Part shown: piece by piece, positions 51,947 through 64,000 of the stretch
Numbering within the stretch: position 1 is the first letter of the stretch
Layout of the letters: each line of letters begins with the position of its first letter
DNA from: Dimorphilus gyrociliatus
Taxonomy: Eukaryota > Animalia > Annelida
Length of the DNA stretch: 64,000 nucleotides
Direction of reading: 5' to 3'
NCBI GenBank assembly: GCA_904063045.1
Contig: CAJFCJ010000021.1
Location: 558,001 to 622,000, forward strand
Translations under genes and position numbers: made by a program
Notes under the pieces: generated by a model
Told to the model about the DNA's origin: nothing
The model's database searches: none
Seen by the model: the letters and a program-made list of their open reading frames with translations, nothing else

Positions 51947-53527
51947 ACAAGAAATTTATATAAGGCAAATATGTTCAATTCTTATCTCTAATTACTCAAC
52001 AGCCTTATTTAATCTATTCTATCCTTTATATATTTTCTGCCTGTATAAAAAGAGAATGAAGTTAGAGTTGCTAGAATTACAAAAAATATTCAAGCTTTTT
52101 CATGTGATATGTTTAAAGAGAAAACTCAGTTGGACAGTTGTTATATGTTGTTTTTTCTCTCTCCCTATTTTGTGTCTTTCTCTGCAATTTTTCACTATAC
52201 AAAACCATTTATCTATATAGACTATAAACTTTAAATAAAAATTGATTTTTATTTTAAATATTCACAAATCGACTAGTTTTTTTCTTTTTTTTAGAGAAAT
52301 TTTATATTTTTTCTGTATCTTTTATGCTAATTGATACAAAAACATACTTGAATACGACTTGTATACTGTATCTTGAACTCTTTTATCCTTCTTCTCTTCG
52401 CTTCTTGATAGAAAGAAGAGAGGGGATATATAAACAATTTAATTTCAAAAGTTTATAATTGGTAACAATGTTAAAGAATTATTAAAAATTATTTTAATAT
52501 AGTTGAACTACTGTTGAAAAAGTGGGAAAAAGTCAATTAATACTTTACTTTCTTTTCTTTTTCAACTATTTAATAAAGATATCATTTAGATATTTATAGG
52601 AATAAAAATTTATGTTATAGGCGTTTTATAGGTAGATCATAACGCCCTACCTTAAGTCATAAAGGTAAAATATGGCTTTCAGCGACAACAAACTCACCTT
52701 TGCTAACATTCTACCGATAATAACCTTTTCAGAGGATGGTTTCGTGATGGTTTAGATATTAAACTATATCTAATCGTATAAGTTATTAATGAAAATAAAA
52801 TGAGGCATACCTGTAGTAAAAAAAGATGAAGGAAAACAGATGGCGAAGAAGAAACTGATGGTTTCCTATCGATTATAGAGAGTAACACACAGCGGCGCCA
52901 CTTTCGGCGTCATTACTGCAAAAAAGTAGCCAAAGACAGTCTTATTTGTCTATACTAATCTCCTGCATATATAAAATACACTCAATAAAACTAGAAAATA
53001 TAGGATTTAAAGTTTAGGGTAGAAGGAATCATATTGCCAAAATATCATGCCCTGACTTGTAGTGTAAGGGGATTACAAGGATTAGAATGGAGCTTTGTAC
53101 TCCTTTATCATCAATTATTCATTTGTAAAGGTGTTCAAGCAGTTAAATTGACGAAATTTTGTTACACTGACAATCTTTTAAATCCTTTTGCACACTTTTC
53201 TTTTATTTACATGAATAATTAAATGTTTATTTATTTATTTATGTATTAAGATAAAAAATGAACAATTTGTTGTTTTACGTTCATTTTTCTCTGTTTGAAC
53301 GTCTTTTTTTTGTTTAATGAATCTATATAAAATAAATTATTTAGATAAAGGATTATATTATTAAATGACTTCTCTCTCTCTCTTTCTCTTTATAAAAGAT
53401 ATTTTTGAAATGATTTCTTAAAGCATTCCTTTAGAGATTTAAATTTAATTTTCTCTGTTATACTATTTACTTTATAGATTTAGCAATGTTTATTAATATT
53501 TTTTGCAACCAGTTTTTTTTTACTTGT

Positions 53528-53542
53528 TCACTCACTCACTCA

Positions 53543-53575
<33 letters not shown>

Positions 53576-53576
53576 T
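53528..53576. repeat. Compound (TCAC)n(TC)n microsatellite upstream of DDX11
   Basis: Seen directly. It accounts for the SLSLSL of spurious ORF 53486-53725. Confidence 0.85.
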
Positions 53577-53821
53577 ACTTTACCGCCTTTTTTCTTTATT
53601 ATGATTATAGGCCTATCGCTATGGACTATGCTTTTCTTCTTTTCCTTAAAATATTTGATACGTATTTGGTTTTTAAATTAGAGCGCCAATGTTCTTATTA
53701 TCACCCTCTTTTTTTTACCTTTTAGTAATTAAAGTTTTAATTAGCATTTAGACAATTCTTTAAGCGATATTTATAAATAGTTCTCTTACGGATATGTAGG
53801 TATACTTAGAAAAAAAGCAAT

Positions 53822-56800
53822 ATGACTGATCCATTCGACGACGGTTTAGATGATAGCTATTTTCAAGATGTTCAGTTGGAATTTGAAGAGGAAAAAAAGG
53901 ACTTGACAGGTTAATTATTACAAATAGTTAATATATTGGAATAAATTTATCTTATTTAATCGATTAATTCTAATATTTGTTTCATTTATTAAAGATTCAA
54001 AGATAAAGTTACCTGTACCAGAAACTTTTCCATTCCCATTTCCTCCATACGATATTCAAGTTGGATTTATGAAAAACGTTTACGAATGCCTGGAAAATCG
54101 TGGTATAGGAATATTTGAGAGTCCTACCGGAACGGTAAAGTTAATTCGTAGCTGTTATGATATGGATTGCAAAGACAATAGTAATAATATCTTTATAAAT
54201 CATAGGGTAAATCCTTAAGTATAGCTTGTTCTGCGTTAAAGTGGTTGATTGATAATGAAGAGAGGCAAAAAAAGGATTTGGATAATCTATTGTCGGACAA
54301 TAACGAGGAGGAGAGCGGTAAAAATACTCTGTTATTACCTTGCACCGGTTATTAATTAACAAAAATTGACAGGTGGCGATTGGATAAAGCAACATGAAAT
54401 TAAAAAGAAAAAAGAGGACGATGCATACGAATTAAAGGTGACTACAACATTTTGAATAATAATATACTATAAATATTATCAAAATAATTAAACGGCGGTT
54501 ATTCATTTGTTCTTTATTAGAAAATAATTGAAAATAGAGAAACGTTAGATGCAAGATTAAAAGATTTAAAGAAAACTCTTAAAGAAGCTTTAGAATTAAG
54601 GAAAAAGGTAAAACAAATATAACATAATTTAATTGATTTTAATAATATTTCATCTAAGTATAGACAGATAAATTGGATCAAGAATTCAGACAAATTTATA
54701 AAGATCAAAATGTTCCTGATTTTAAGAAAATGAATGAGAATTTCGAACCGTTAGATAATGACGATAACGATGAAGATAATCTTCTTGTCGACGATTACGA
54801 TAGTGACGAAAATGATAAAAAAGGAAATCGTTGTTCGGATGATGAGAATGAAGAAGATCTTGTAACGAAAGTATATATTATTTCTTTGTAATTATACTAT
54901 TGTATATTTATATATACTGTATTGTATATATTTATAGATTCTCTACTGTTCAAGAACTCATACCCAACTTTCTCAATTTGTTCACGAAGTTAAAAAGACA
55001 GATTTCTCAGAGAATAGTAGGGTTATATCTTTAGGATCTAGACAGGTTTTGTCAAATATTTGAAAATAATAGAATTCATTCTATTCAACTGTTTTCTATT
55101 ACAGAATTTTTGTATTAATCCATCTGTACGAAAGTTAGAATCGTTAACCTTAATAAACGACAGATGTTTAGAATTACAAAAGAATAAGACTAGTACGTTA
55201 ATTAACATCATTATATATTTTATTAATTGTTATATCTTTAATTATTGCCTTAATAAAGAGAAAAAAAGCAGCGAGACGCCGCCGAAAAAACGCAGAAAGT
55301 CGGAAAAAATTGAAAAATCTTGCCCTTATAATAAAAAGGAAAATATCAGATTTTATAAGGATAGAGCATTGGTTAATTAATTTATTTTTAGTATATACAG
55401 TATACAATTTATATTAATAATTCATTTTTCGAAATATAGATAGAAATACAAGATATAGAAGATTTAACACAACAGGGAAAAAGTATTAAAGCCTGCCCAT
55501 ATTACGGTTTAAGAGCTGCAATACCGGATGCTCAATTAATTTGCCTACCTTACAATACTTTATTACATAAGCCTACGAGAGAAAAGAGTGGAATAAAACT
55601 GAAAGGAAATATAGTGATAATAGACGAAGCACATAATCTATTCGAAACTATAAGTTCTGTTTACAGTGTTCAAATTTTTGGCAGTCAGGTAAAAGATATT
55701 AAAAATAATAATTATATTTTTAACGTATAGATTTTCACCTTTAAAAAGAAAATATTGATTATCGTTAAGCGAGTTTTTATGTATTTTCTAACCCCTGTTT
55801 TTCTTTTTTTCCCCCTAATTGACGGCAGTTAATTCAAGCCCATTCTCAACTGCAACAGTACCACGATAAATATAGATCGAGATTAAAGGCAAAGAATTTA
55901 TTATATATCAAACAATTAATAACCATATTAAGCTGTTTAATAAAAGCATTAGGAGGTTATTATTACTATTATTATTATTATTTCTCCAACTATTTAACAG
56001 TTATCTTTATGAACAGGAAAAGCTGGTATAAACGCTGACAGTCAATCAGTTGGAATAGGTATATAAAGAATAATAATCGGAAGATGATGAATCTATTTTA
56101 ATGAAATTTCTATTTCATAATAAATTAGATAGTAGACTAGAGACGTTGAACGATTTCCTATTCAAAAATCAATTGGACCATATGAATTTCTTTAAAATTA
56201 AGAAATATTGTGAAAATAGTCAAATTTCCCGAAAGGTTTTTATATAAATATACAATATATACATTAATATATTTATTTATTCTATTCTCTTATTCAAGTT
56301 ACACGGTTTCATTGAAAATTCGTTGAATGAGGATGAAAATGACAAAAGTGAAAATACTAAGGGAGTAACATCTTTCCTTAAAACGATATCAAAGCCAAAA
56401 GTAACAAAGAACGATATTGAAGGTAGATACGGCATAACAATAATAAATATTACTTTAATTGATCTTATTCTATTTCATAGAAAATGAAAATTTGTCTGTT
56501 GAAGAGAAACAATTAAAGAGATCTTCTCCTTTAATGATTATTGAAAGCTTTATTGAAACTTTAACAACAGCTGATGTTGACGGCAGAATCTTAATAAGTA
56601 AACAAAGTAAGAAAGAAAGAGGATGAGAGAGAGAGAGAGCAATTCTTATCTACTTTTTTTTTTAATTATTTAGATTTACTAAGTAAAAGTTGGATAAAGT
56701 TCGTATTGTTAAATCCTGCCTTATATATCAAAGATATATTGGAAGAAGCTAGAGCAGTTATTGTCGCTGGCGGTACTATGCAACCAGTTAGTTAATTCAT

Positions 56801-58269
56801 TAAATAAACTCTTTTAATTGTATATTAATGACGATATTCTAGTTTTCAGAATTTAAAGATCGTCTTTTCTACGCTGCTGGCGCAACTTCTAATAGAATTA
56901 TTGAATATACTTGCGGTAAATATATAAGAGTATTAAATATACCCTTGCCCTGTGCATTTTACATTTCCTTTTTTCTAATAGATCACGTTATTCCTCCTGA
57001 AAATATTCACCCTATGGCGCTGGCAAGAGGGGCCGGAGGTATTCAATTAGATTTTAGTTACGATTCGAGGCGCAATTTCCAAATTGTAAGCTCAAATAAA
57101 TAAAAACTAGTAATTTTTTTCTTCAATTAAATCTCTACTTTTAGCTCGACGAACTTGGTAAAGTAGTTTGTAATGTTTGTAATATTGTACCAGCCGGAGT
57201 AGTTTTATTCTTTCCATCATACGATTTTGAGAGAATTGTTACAAATCGATGGAATGAAACTGATATTATTAAAAAGATTGAAATAAAGAAGAGAATATTT
57301 AGAGAACCTCAAAAAAGTTCAATGGTAGAAAAGACTCTAAACGAATATAAAACTTGTATAGATGTAAGTTTTACAAGAGAGAGAAAGAGAGAGACTTTAA
57401 TAATAAACTTATATATTCCTTTTTTGGATTATTATAGAAAAATTACAGGAATTTTACTGGAGTAAATGGAGCAATTATTTTCAGTGTTGTTGGTGGTAAA
57501 TTGAGCGAAGGAATTAACTTTTCTGATAATTTAGGAAGGTAGGCTTATTAATATAAATTAATAATAATTCTCCTCTTTTAATAAATACTTTAAAGAAGAA
57601 ATATTTGAATACACATTTCGTTATTTTAGATGCGTTATAATGATTGGTTTACCGTATCCGAATAAAAAATCTGTTGAACTACAAGAGAAAATGAACTATT
57701 TAAATCAAAATATGGTAAGAAATAAATAGAAAAACAACGGATAAACAATATAATCGTATCGTTTTATAGCCAAAAAGTTCGGATGGAAGATTACCAGGTC
57801 AAGTTTTATACGAAAATTTATGTATGAAAGCGGTTAATCAATCTATAGGTAAGAAACAAATAATGGAAAGGAAAAAACAATAATCTATATACTGTATAAT
57901 TAATTATTTTTCTTTTGTGGTTCCCCTTTTTCGTTGAATTCTCTTTTTGTAATTAATTACTTTAATGTAATTTATACTCATTCCCTTTGTTTTTAATCTA
58001 TATATTCAATCTTCCTTTTGATAGGTAGAGCAATAAGGCATAAGAATGATTATGCTTCAATCTTACTATTGGATCATAGATATTTAAGGCCATCTATAAA
58101 ATCAAAACTTCCAAAATGGATTGCAAAAGAATTGAAAGAACACGAAAAATTTGGTCCAGCTTTTGCATCGTTAAACAACGTTTGTATCTATATAATTTGC
58201 TTATTAATTATTATACTTTTTTGCTTTTGATAGTTTTTCCGAGAGAAATCCAAACTAAAATCCTATTGA
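53822..58269 (+). CDS. DDX11: ATP-dependent DNA helicase DDX11 (ChlR1), about 24 short exons
   Basis: [37 protein letters not shown], four Fe-S cysteines (NFC, NDRC, SCPY, ACPYY), [54 protein letters not shown]. Acidic [10 protein letters not shown] corresponds to the human EYE motif region. Ends [11 protein letters not shown]. Confidence 0.96.
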
Positions 58270-58468
58270 ATGTAAATGAATAGCCTTTAGGCTAGAGAAG
58301 AATTATATTACAATGTATTCTAACGCCCTCTGGTATATATATTCTAAATGATTAATTTTCAAGATGGTAAAAACTTGAACAGAATGGAAAAAAGCAATAT
58401 TTCTTATTGAATATTAATTTTTATTTGCTTATTTAATAAATTTTTATATAAAGAATTACGAATTCTTT

Positions 58469-59633
58469 TTATTCACAATACACTGCAAATACAGTTGCGC
58501 AACAAAACGCCGTTGCCGTTTGATAGCAACCCGATGCTGAATTATCAGTTGTAACATCCCATGTACATCTACTACCAAGTTGAATTGATTGCTTTTTATT
58601 CTCTCCAATGAAAACTTGACAAACGAATTTATACCGTTCAACGCATAACTGTTTTAATTCTCTTTGAATCTCTTGACTAATAACGGGACAAATCATTTTA
58701 GCCCTTTTAGAATCATAATCGAAATTATCGAATATGGTTTTTAATACGTTATCAACGATATGCTTTATTTGATTATATAGAATTTTCTTATCCGGTTTAA
58801 GTTTATAAGTAGGTTCGAGGTGTGGTTGCTCTGTTGAAAGAAATATTAAGATATTTTCATATTATAAGGTTGAAGAAATATTTTAAAAAGACTGTTTACT
58901 GTAAAAGAAATTTCAAATTAATTGCCAACAATTTGGATTAATATGTTTTACAAAGTAAAAATCCTTTTTTACGCAGGTCTAACTGCTTTAAGGCGGGTAC
59001 GAAGGAATTGTATTTGAATGTGTTCCCTATATTACATTTTTATAGAGAATAATAATGATTGATTAATTATTTAATTATTATCTGGTTAAACATTAATTAT
59101 GTAGATATTTTTGAAAGAGAAAATGAGATAAAGGGAAGAAAAGAGAAAGGATTGTAATCCAGAGAATACAGCACTTTTTCTTTTGTTTTTCAACAGTTGC
59201 TTTTATATTTGGATAATGATCTCTCTTATTGGGAAACGATTTGTCCTTCTGTTCAATTTTGTTTCGAGTACTCTTTTCTTTCTATTCCGCTATACCTCTT
59301 TCTTTCCTTTCATCATTTATAGTGTAGGATTATAATATGAGCTTACTTTTTACCAAGAGTTTAATATTTAAACTAGATTGATACCACTAATGAAACAACT
59401 GAATAGATAAACTTTTTATTGCTTTAAATATCAAAATATTTATTTGTTTGTCCACTTTTACCTTTTACTGTTGTACTCCTCCTATCTTTTATTCTGCCCA
59501 AAAGTGTACTTGCCGCCTTTTTAGCCGCTAATGCCGCCATTATACTATTTGGTTGCATGTGCACAGATGATCTCCTGTCGGATGACACTGATGATTTTCT
59601 CCTCTCATTTGCGTTTAATTTCGAACTAGCCAT
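58469..59633 (-). CDS. TCTEX1D1: Tctex1-domain dynein light chain (TCTEX1D1/DYNLT5-like), 177 aa
   Basis: Exons 59633-59462 and 58830-58469 (phase 1). LEPTYKLKP, RYKFVCQVFIGE, SRCTWDVTTDNSAS and CATVFAVYCE* are typical of the Tctex1 family. The paralogue assignment is tentative. Confidence 0.88.
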
Positions 59634-60337
59634 TGCCGTTTTCAGATCACTTTTGACTAGTGTTTAGCGTAGTAGGATTACCATTAATCCTTTTAATATT
59701 TCAAGATTTTATGCATAAATAATAGCACTAGCAGTGTATATCAATTCAAGACGTGTTTAATAGTCTGTTCTTTTTTACTTTATTTCTAAAAATTGTATAA
59801 GAAGACTATAAAGATAGATAAAAATGACAAAATTCAATAAAAAATAAAATTTATTTTCCATTGCTTTCAAAGACCTTTAAATGAATTATAGATATTGCAT
59901 CTCTTTCTCTTTTGTATACTATATACTGTATATACTGTATAGAGTAATATTAATAAATTGGATGTATGTTGTTTGAGATGGAGGGGCTGATGTGGAAAAA
60001 TTAAGTATAAAGCATTAATTGTATAGCAGTTGTTGAAGAAAGTAGTTTCCTTGTTATTACAGTTTTCCTAATATGCATCTATGCAGTATAGATTTAAACA
60101 GGGTAACAGGTTCTTATACAAATAGTATTATAGACTGTAAAAGCTACTGTCACGAAAAGCGTATTCAATGTGAAAGGCCTTTAATATCAAATATTTCCTT
60201 TCTTAATATTATATAGTGAAAACTTAAGACTGACTCAGACTCTTACATTATTCTCTTTTAGTATACAATGTGATTTTTATCTCTTATTATATGGATGGTT
60301 AGTTAATAATGTATTGAAAGATTAAGATTATTTAAAG

Positions 60338-63300
60338 ATGAAGTATGTATATTTTAATAAGCAACTAATTAATATTCATATTACTATTTATTTTCCCTCA
60401 TTTCAAAGTTTTGGAATACAATTTAAAAACCACTCGGACTTGAGATATAAGGAGAGATTCTATACCTTTGTCTTAGGATCGGCTGGTGGTACTCTGGGAG
60501 TATTTGTTATTCTGGCTTTATGCTATAAATTATTGCATTATGTCGTATTTTGGATATTGAAAAAGAAAGAAGAAGATAAAAGGGACAGAGTGATAAATTT
60601 CTGGTTAAAATTAAAGAAGAATGCACAATATTTCGTTGCCGGGAAGACGTTACTAGGAAGAATTTTGGTATACAAATATTATATTGATTTGATTCATTTA
60701 TCTTATATTCCTTTTTTTCCCCTATCACTATTTCCTTCTATAATCGAAGAGCGTTACAGAGTGTATTCTAAATGTTTGTTCAATTGGAATATTCCTCTAT
60801 GATCTGCAATGGTACAGGGAATTTTTTCCATTTTGCATCACTACTCATAAAATATACTATAGGCTCTATACATACATTTTTAATATGGTTTAGTATTAAT
60901 CTAACCTTTTTCCCTTTATAGTTTATCTAATCTTATTGAGATGGATGTTCAATTTGCTAATAATCCATCATTAATTATTGATTTTATGCTTCATTTGTGT
61001 TTTTTTCTCTTTGGAGTATTAAGAGTAAGTTAAATATTGATAGAATTCCATTTTACATTCCGTTTTCTTTCGGTTAATCTTTAGTTTATCGCCACCGAAG
61101 ATAAAATTACATTTTGGTTCGACTTGTATACACTAATAGATATTTTAACAGTTCCTCCGTTGGTTTGTTCAATATTCTTGAATAAGAGATGGATTGGATT
61201 AAGATTTTCGAGAATTCTATGCTTTTCCAAAGTTACTAAGACTCTTACAGTGTTTAATCTATTGCGCTCGTCCCTAAGTATATTTGCCTCTCAAATGTTC
61301 TTTTATTTTATTGGAATTTGGGGTTCATCAGCCGGTTTTATATATTTATTAGAGAATTTTGAAACGGCCTATATATCTTATTGGGAATGTTCTTATTTCT
61401 TAATAATAACTATGTCAACTGTGGGTTATGGAGACGTTACACCTACAACAGTTGGCAGCAAAATATTTACAATGGTATTTATTTTCATTGCCCTCTATCT
61501 CTTCGCAATCAACCTGGAAGTATTCTATCAAATAGTGAACGAATCTTCAATATTTAGGAAATCTTACCAGAAGCCAATAGGCGTAAAGTTAGTTAATCAA
61601 ATATTAATAAATCTTTGTTAAAATACACATTCACAAACTCTTTACTTTTTGCAGGCACGTTATAATAGCTGGCTCTTTATCGTTTGATTCCATAACTAAA
61701 TATATTAAAGATTTCATGCATGAAGATAGAGATCATGATAATTATACGTTTATATTTGTTAATAAGTAATAAGATTGTTCATGGGTACTTATAAATAACT
61801 ATAATAGTTTATTTAATAGGAAAAAGCCAAATTTAAGTATAAGATCTCATTTTGAAAAGAATTATTCGCATGTACGCTATCACAGAGGAGATCCAATGGA
61901 GAAGAAGTGTTGGAAAAGTGTAAAATTAAAGGAGGCGGACGCTCTCTTAGTAGTAACTGATTATCATACAAAAAATCCTGATGAAGAGGATAGAAAGAAT
62001 ATATTACAAGTGATATCAGCAAAGAATTATTCGGAATCGACACGTGTCATATTACAACTATTAAGATTCCATAATAAACATTATATAGTACATTTAAACT
62101 TTTGGAAAGAATACGATCAAGTTATATGCGAAGATTCAATTAAATTAGGTTTTCTAGCTCAAAATTGTTTAACTCCTGGTTTTTCAACATTAATATCTAA
62201 TCTATCTAACGTTCAATGCGAAAAAGAGGTTATTATCTTCTGTCTTATTTCCATAATTATAACAGTAATATAATTATTGTAATAATCCATTTAAAAAGAT
62301 TCTTACTACGTCGTTAACAAAGGATACTGAACAGCATAGACAAAATTGGAGGTCAGATTATGTGAAAGGTGCAGATATGGAAATTTATGCTAAGAAATTC
62401 CCTTCTGCCTTACATAATTATCCTATAACCGAAGCGGTTAAGTAAGAAAGTTGAATATTATATCTTCAAAAATACATCATTTATTCATTCTTACACTATA
62501 TACTGTACATTTACTTGTAGATTCTATTATAAAGAAAGGAATATTCTTCTTCTTGGTATTAAAACTATTGAAAATAACGAAGAAGAGATTAAACTAAATC
62601 CTAGTTCTAATTATATCATTGATAAAAGTACTACTGGTTTCTTTATTTGTAAATCCGAAAAGGTTTTACGAGAATGTAACAAGTCATTTAAGAAGAGGGA
62701 ACTACACCAATCAAGTATATCATTAGGTTAATATCGTTAATATGTTAACTTAGTAAATTATTAACATATTCATTATCACTATCATCTTTTCTCTCTTTCT
62801 CAAATAGAAACAATTCAACTTTCTGAATCTTCTCTAAGGTTAGTTTCAATTTTATATACTATACAGTAGACAGTATATACAGTATATGCACGTTACGTCC
62901 TCTTTTCACAGTAATCAATGCAATTCGGAAAGTTATGCTGATGAAAATAATCAAATAAGACGTAAATTAGACGCCACAAATAACTTTCATTGGTCAGAGA
63001 GTGTAGATTTCGATACTATTTCATTGGTAAATAAAATATTGTATTTCTAATTTCTAATTAAATTATGTTTCTTTCTTTTTCTTTTAAAAAGACAGACGAA
63101 AATATGATGAGATTTTCAATATTAAAAAACCATATTGTAGTCTGTCTATTCTGCGATGAAAATTCACCTTTGATTGGTCTCTACAATTTCGTACTACCAT
63201 TGAGATCTTCGTCAATTGACTATAAACAACTTTCGAGTATTGTATTCTTGGGTGACGGGTATTACTTAAGAAAAGAATGGCCATTGCTCAAGAATTTTCC

Positions 63301-64000
63301 AAAAATATATGTGAAACAGGTCTTCATTAAATTCATTGAAATAAAAATTCATTATTATTACTAATACATCAATATTACGATATTAACAAAGGGTTCACCT
63401 TTAAATCGTAAAGATCTAAGAGCGACAAATGTTGATTCATCAAGAATGTGCGTTGTTTTAAAAAGTCCTAAATGTACAGTCTGCGAGAGAGAGGATGAAG
63501 AAAAATCTTTGGACGATGACGTTATTATTTGTACACAGCTTATTAAGTCAATGGAATTTCACAATCCAGAGGGTATAGAAAAATGTAAAAATTTAACGAA
63601 TAAGCAAAAATTTCAAAGTAGGGAGAATAATTAAAAAGTCATCTCCACTATGTTTTCCCTATATTTTAAACCAAATCCATAGATATTGCGAAAAAGATAA
63701 TGAAAGAATATTTAATTGAAAGATTAAGGTCCAATAGTTTTGCTGATATAGTATTAAAGAGGGAATTGATAATTCATAAACGAAAATCGTCAAATAGAAG
63801 AACAATTAAGGAAGATAAAGGTACATAGTTGAATTCTATCTTTATCTATGCTGTGTTACTTTGTCCTTTAATATTAGAAATATGGAAAAATGTTGAAGAA
63901 AGTGGTCAAAATATTGAAATTGTCAGCGATTTAGGTAACAATCTATATAAACAATATTAAAAATGTATAGTACCATTTCTTATGTACGGTTATAGATTGT
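60338..64000 (+). CDS. Divergent Slo/BK-family (KCNMA1-like) potassium channel alpha subunit, 3' incomplete
   Basis: S0 (RFYTFVLGS), GKTLLGRIL, FIATEDK..DILTVPP, WIGLRF, YWECSYFLIITMSTVGYGD filter, RCK1 HVIIAG..KDFMHEDRD, NCLTPGFSTLISNL, RCK2 HIVVCLF..IGLYNFVLPLRSS and GSPLNRKDLRA. The start codon is uncertain. The Ca-bowl exon would begin at the window edge. Confidence 0.92.

Overview
This is eukaryotic (animal) genomic DNA, not prokaryotic. It is roughly 70% AT by eye and gene-dense, with mostly 45-140 nt GT-AG introns. That fits a compact-genome ciliated invertebrate, probably a lophotrochozoan (e.g. a miniaturised annelid); the taxon is inference only. Gene order: MCM5 5' end (-); DNAAF9/C20orf194 (-), whose single large intron holds a complete antisense, highly derived Cys-loop ion-channel subunit gene (+); CTP synthase (+); three tandem HTATIP2/TIP30 paralogues (+); an 8-exon Eph receptor tyrosine kinase spanning 19 kb (-); a type-I transmembrane trypsin-like protease with a Tyr/Gln-rich cytoplasmic tail (-); an orphan ~1020-aa coiled-coil/repeat protein (-); DDX11 (+); TCTEX1D1/DYNLT5 (-); and a strongly diverged Slo/BK-type K+ channel (+, runs off the window). 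I found no rRNA, tRNA, CRISPR array or recognisable transposase. The best leads are the nested Pro-less Cys-loop subunit with an altered pore, the degenerate Slo channel, the receptor-like protease, and oriented CTCF-like motif clusters bracketing the Eph locus. All exon models were spliced by hand, and all homologies are from recalled family motifs, not database searches.
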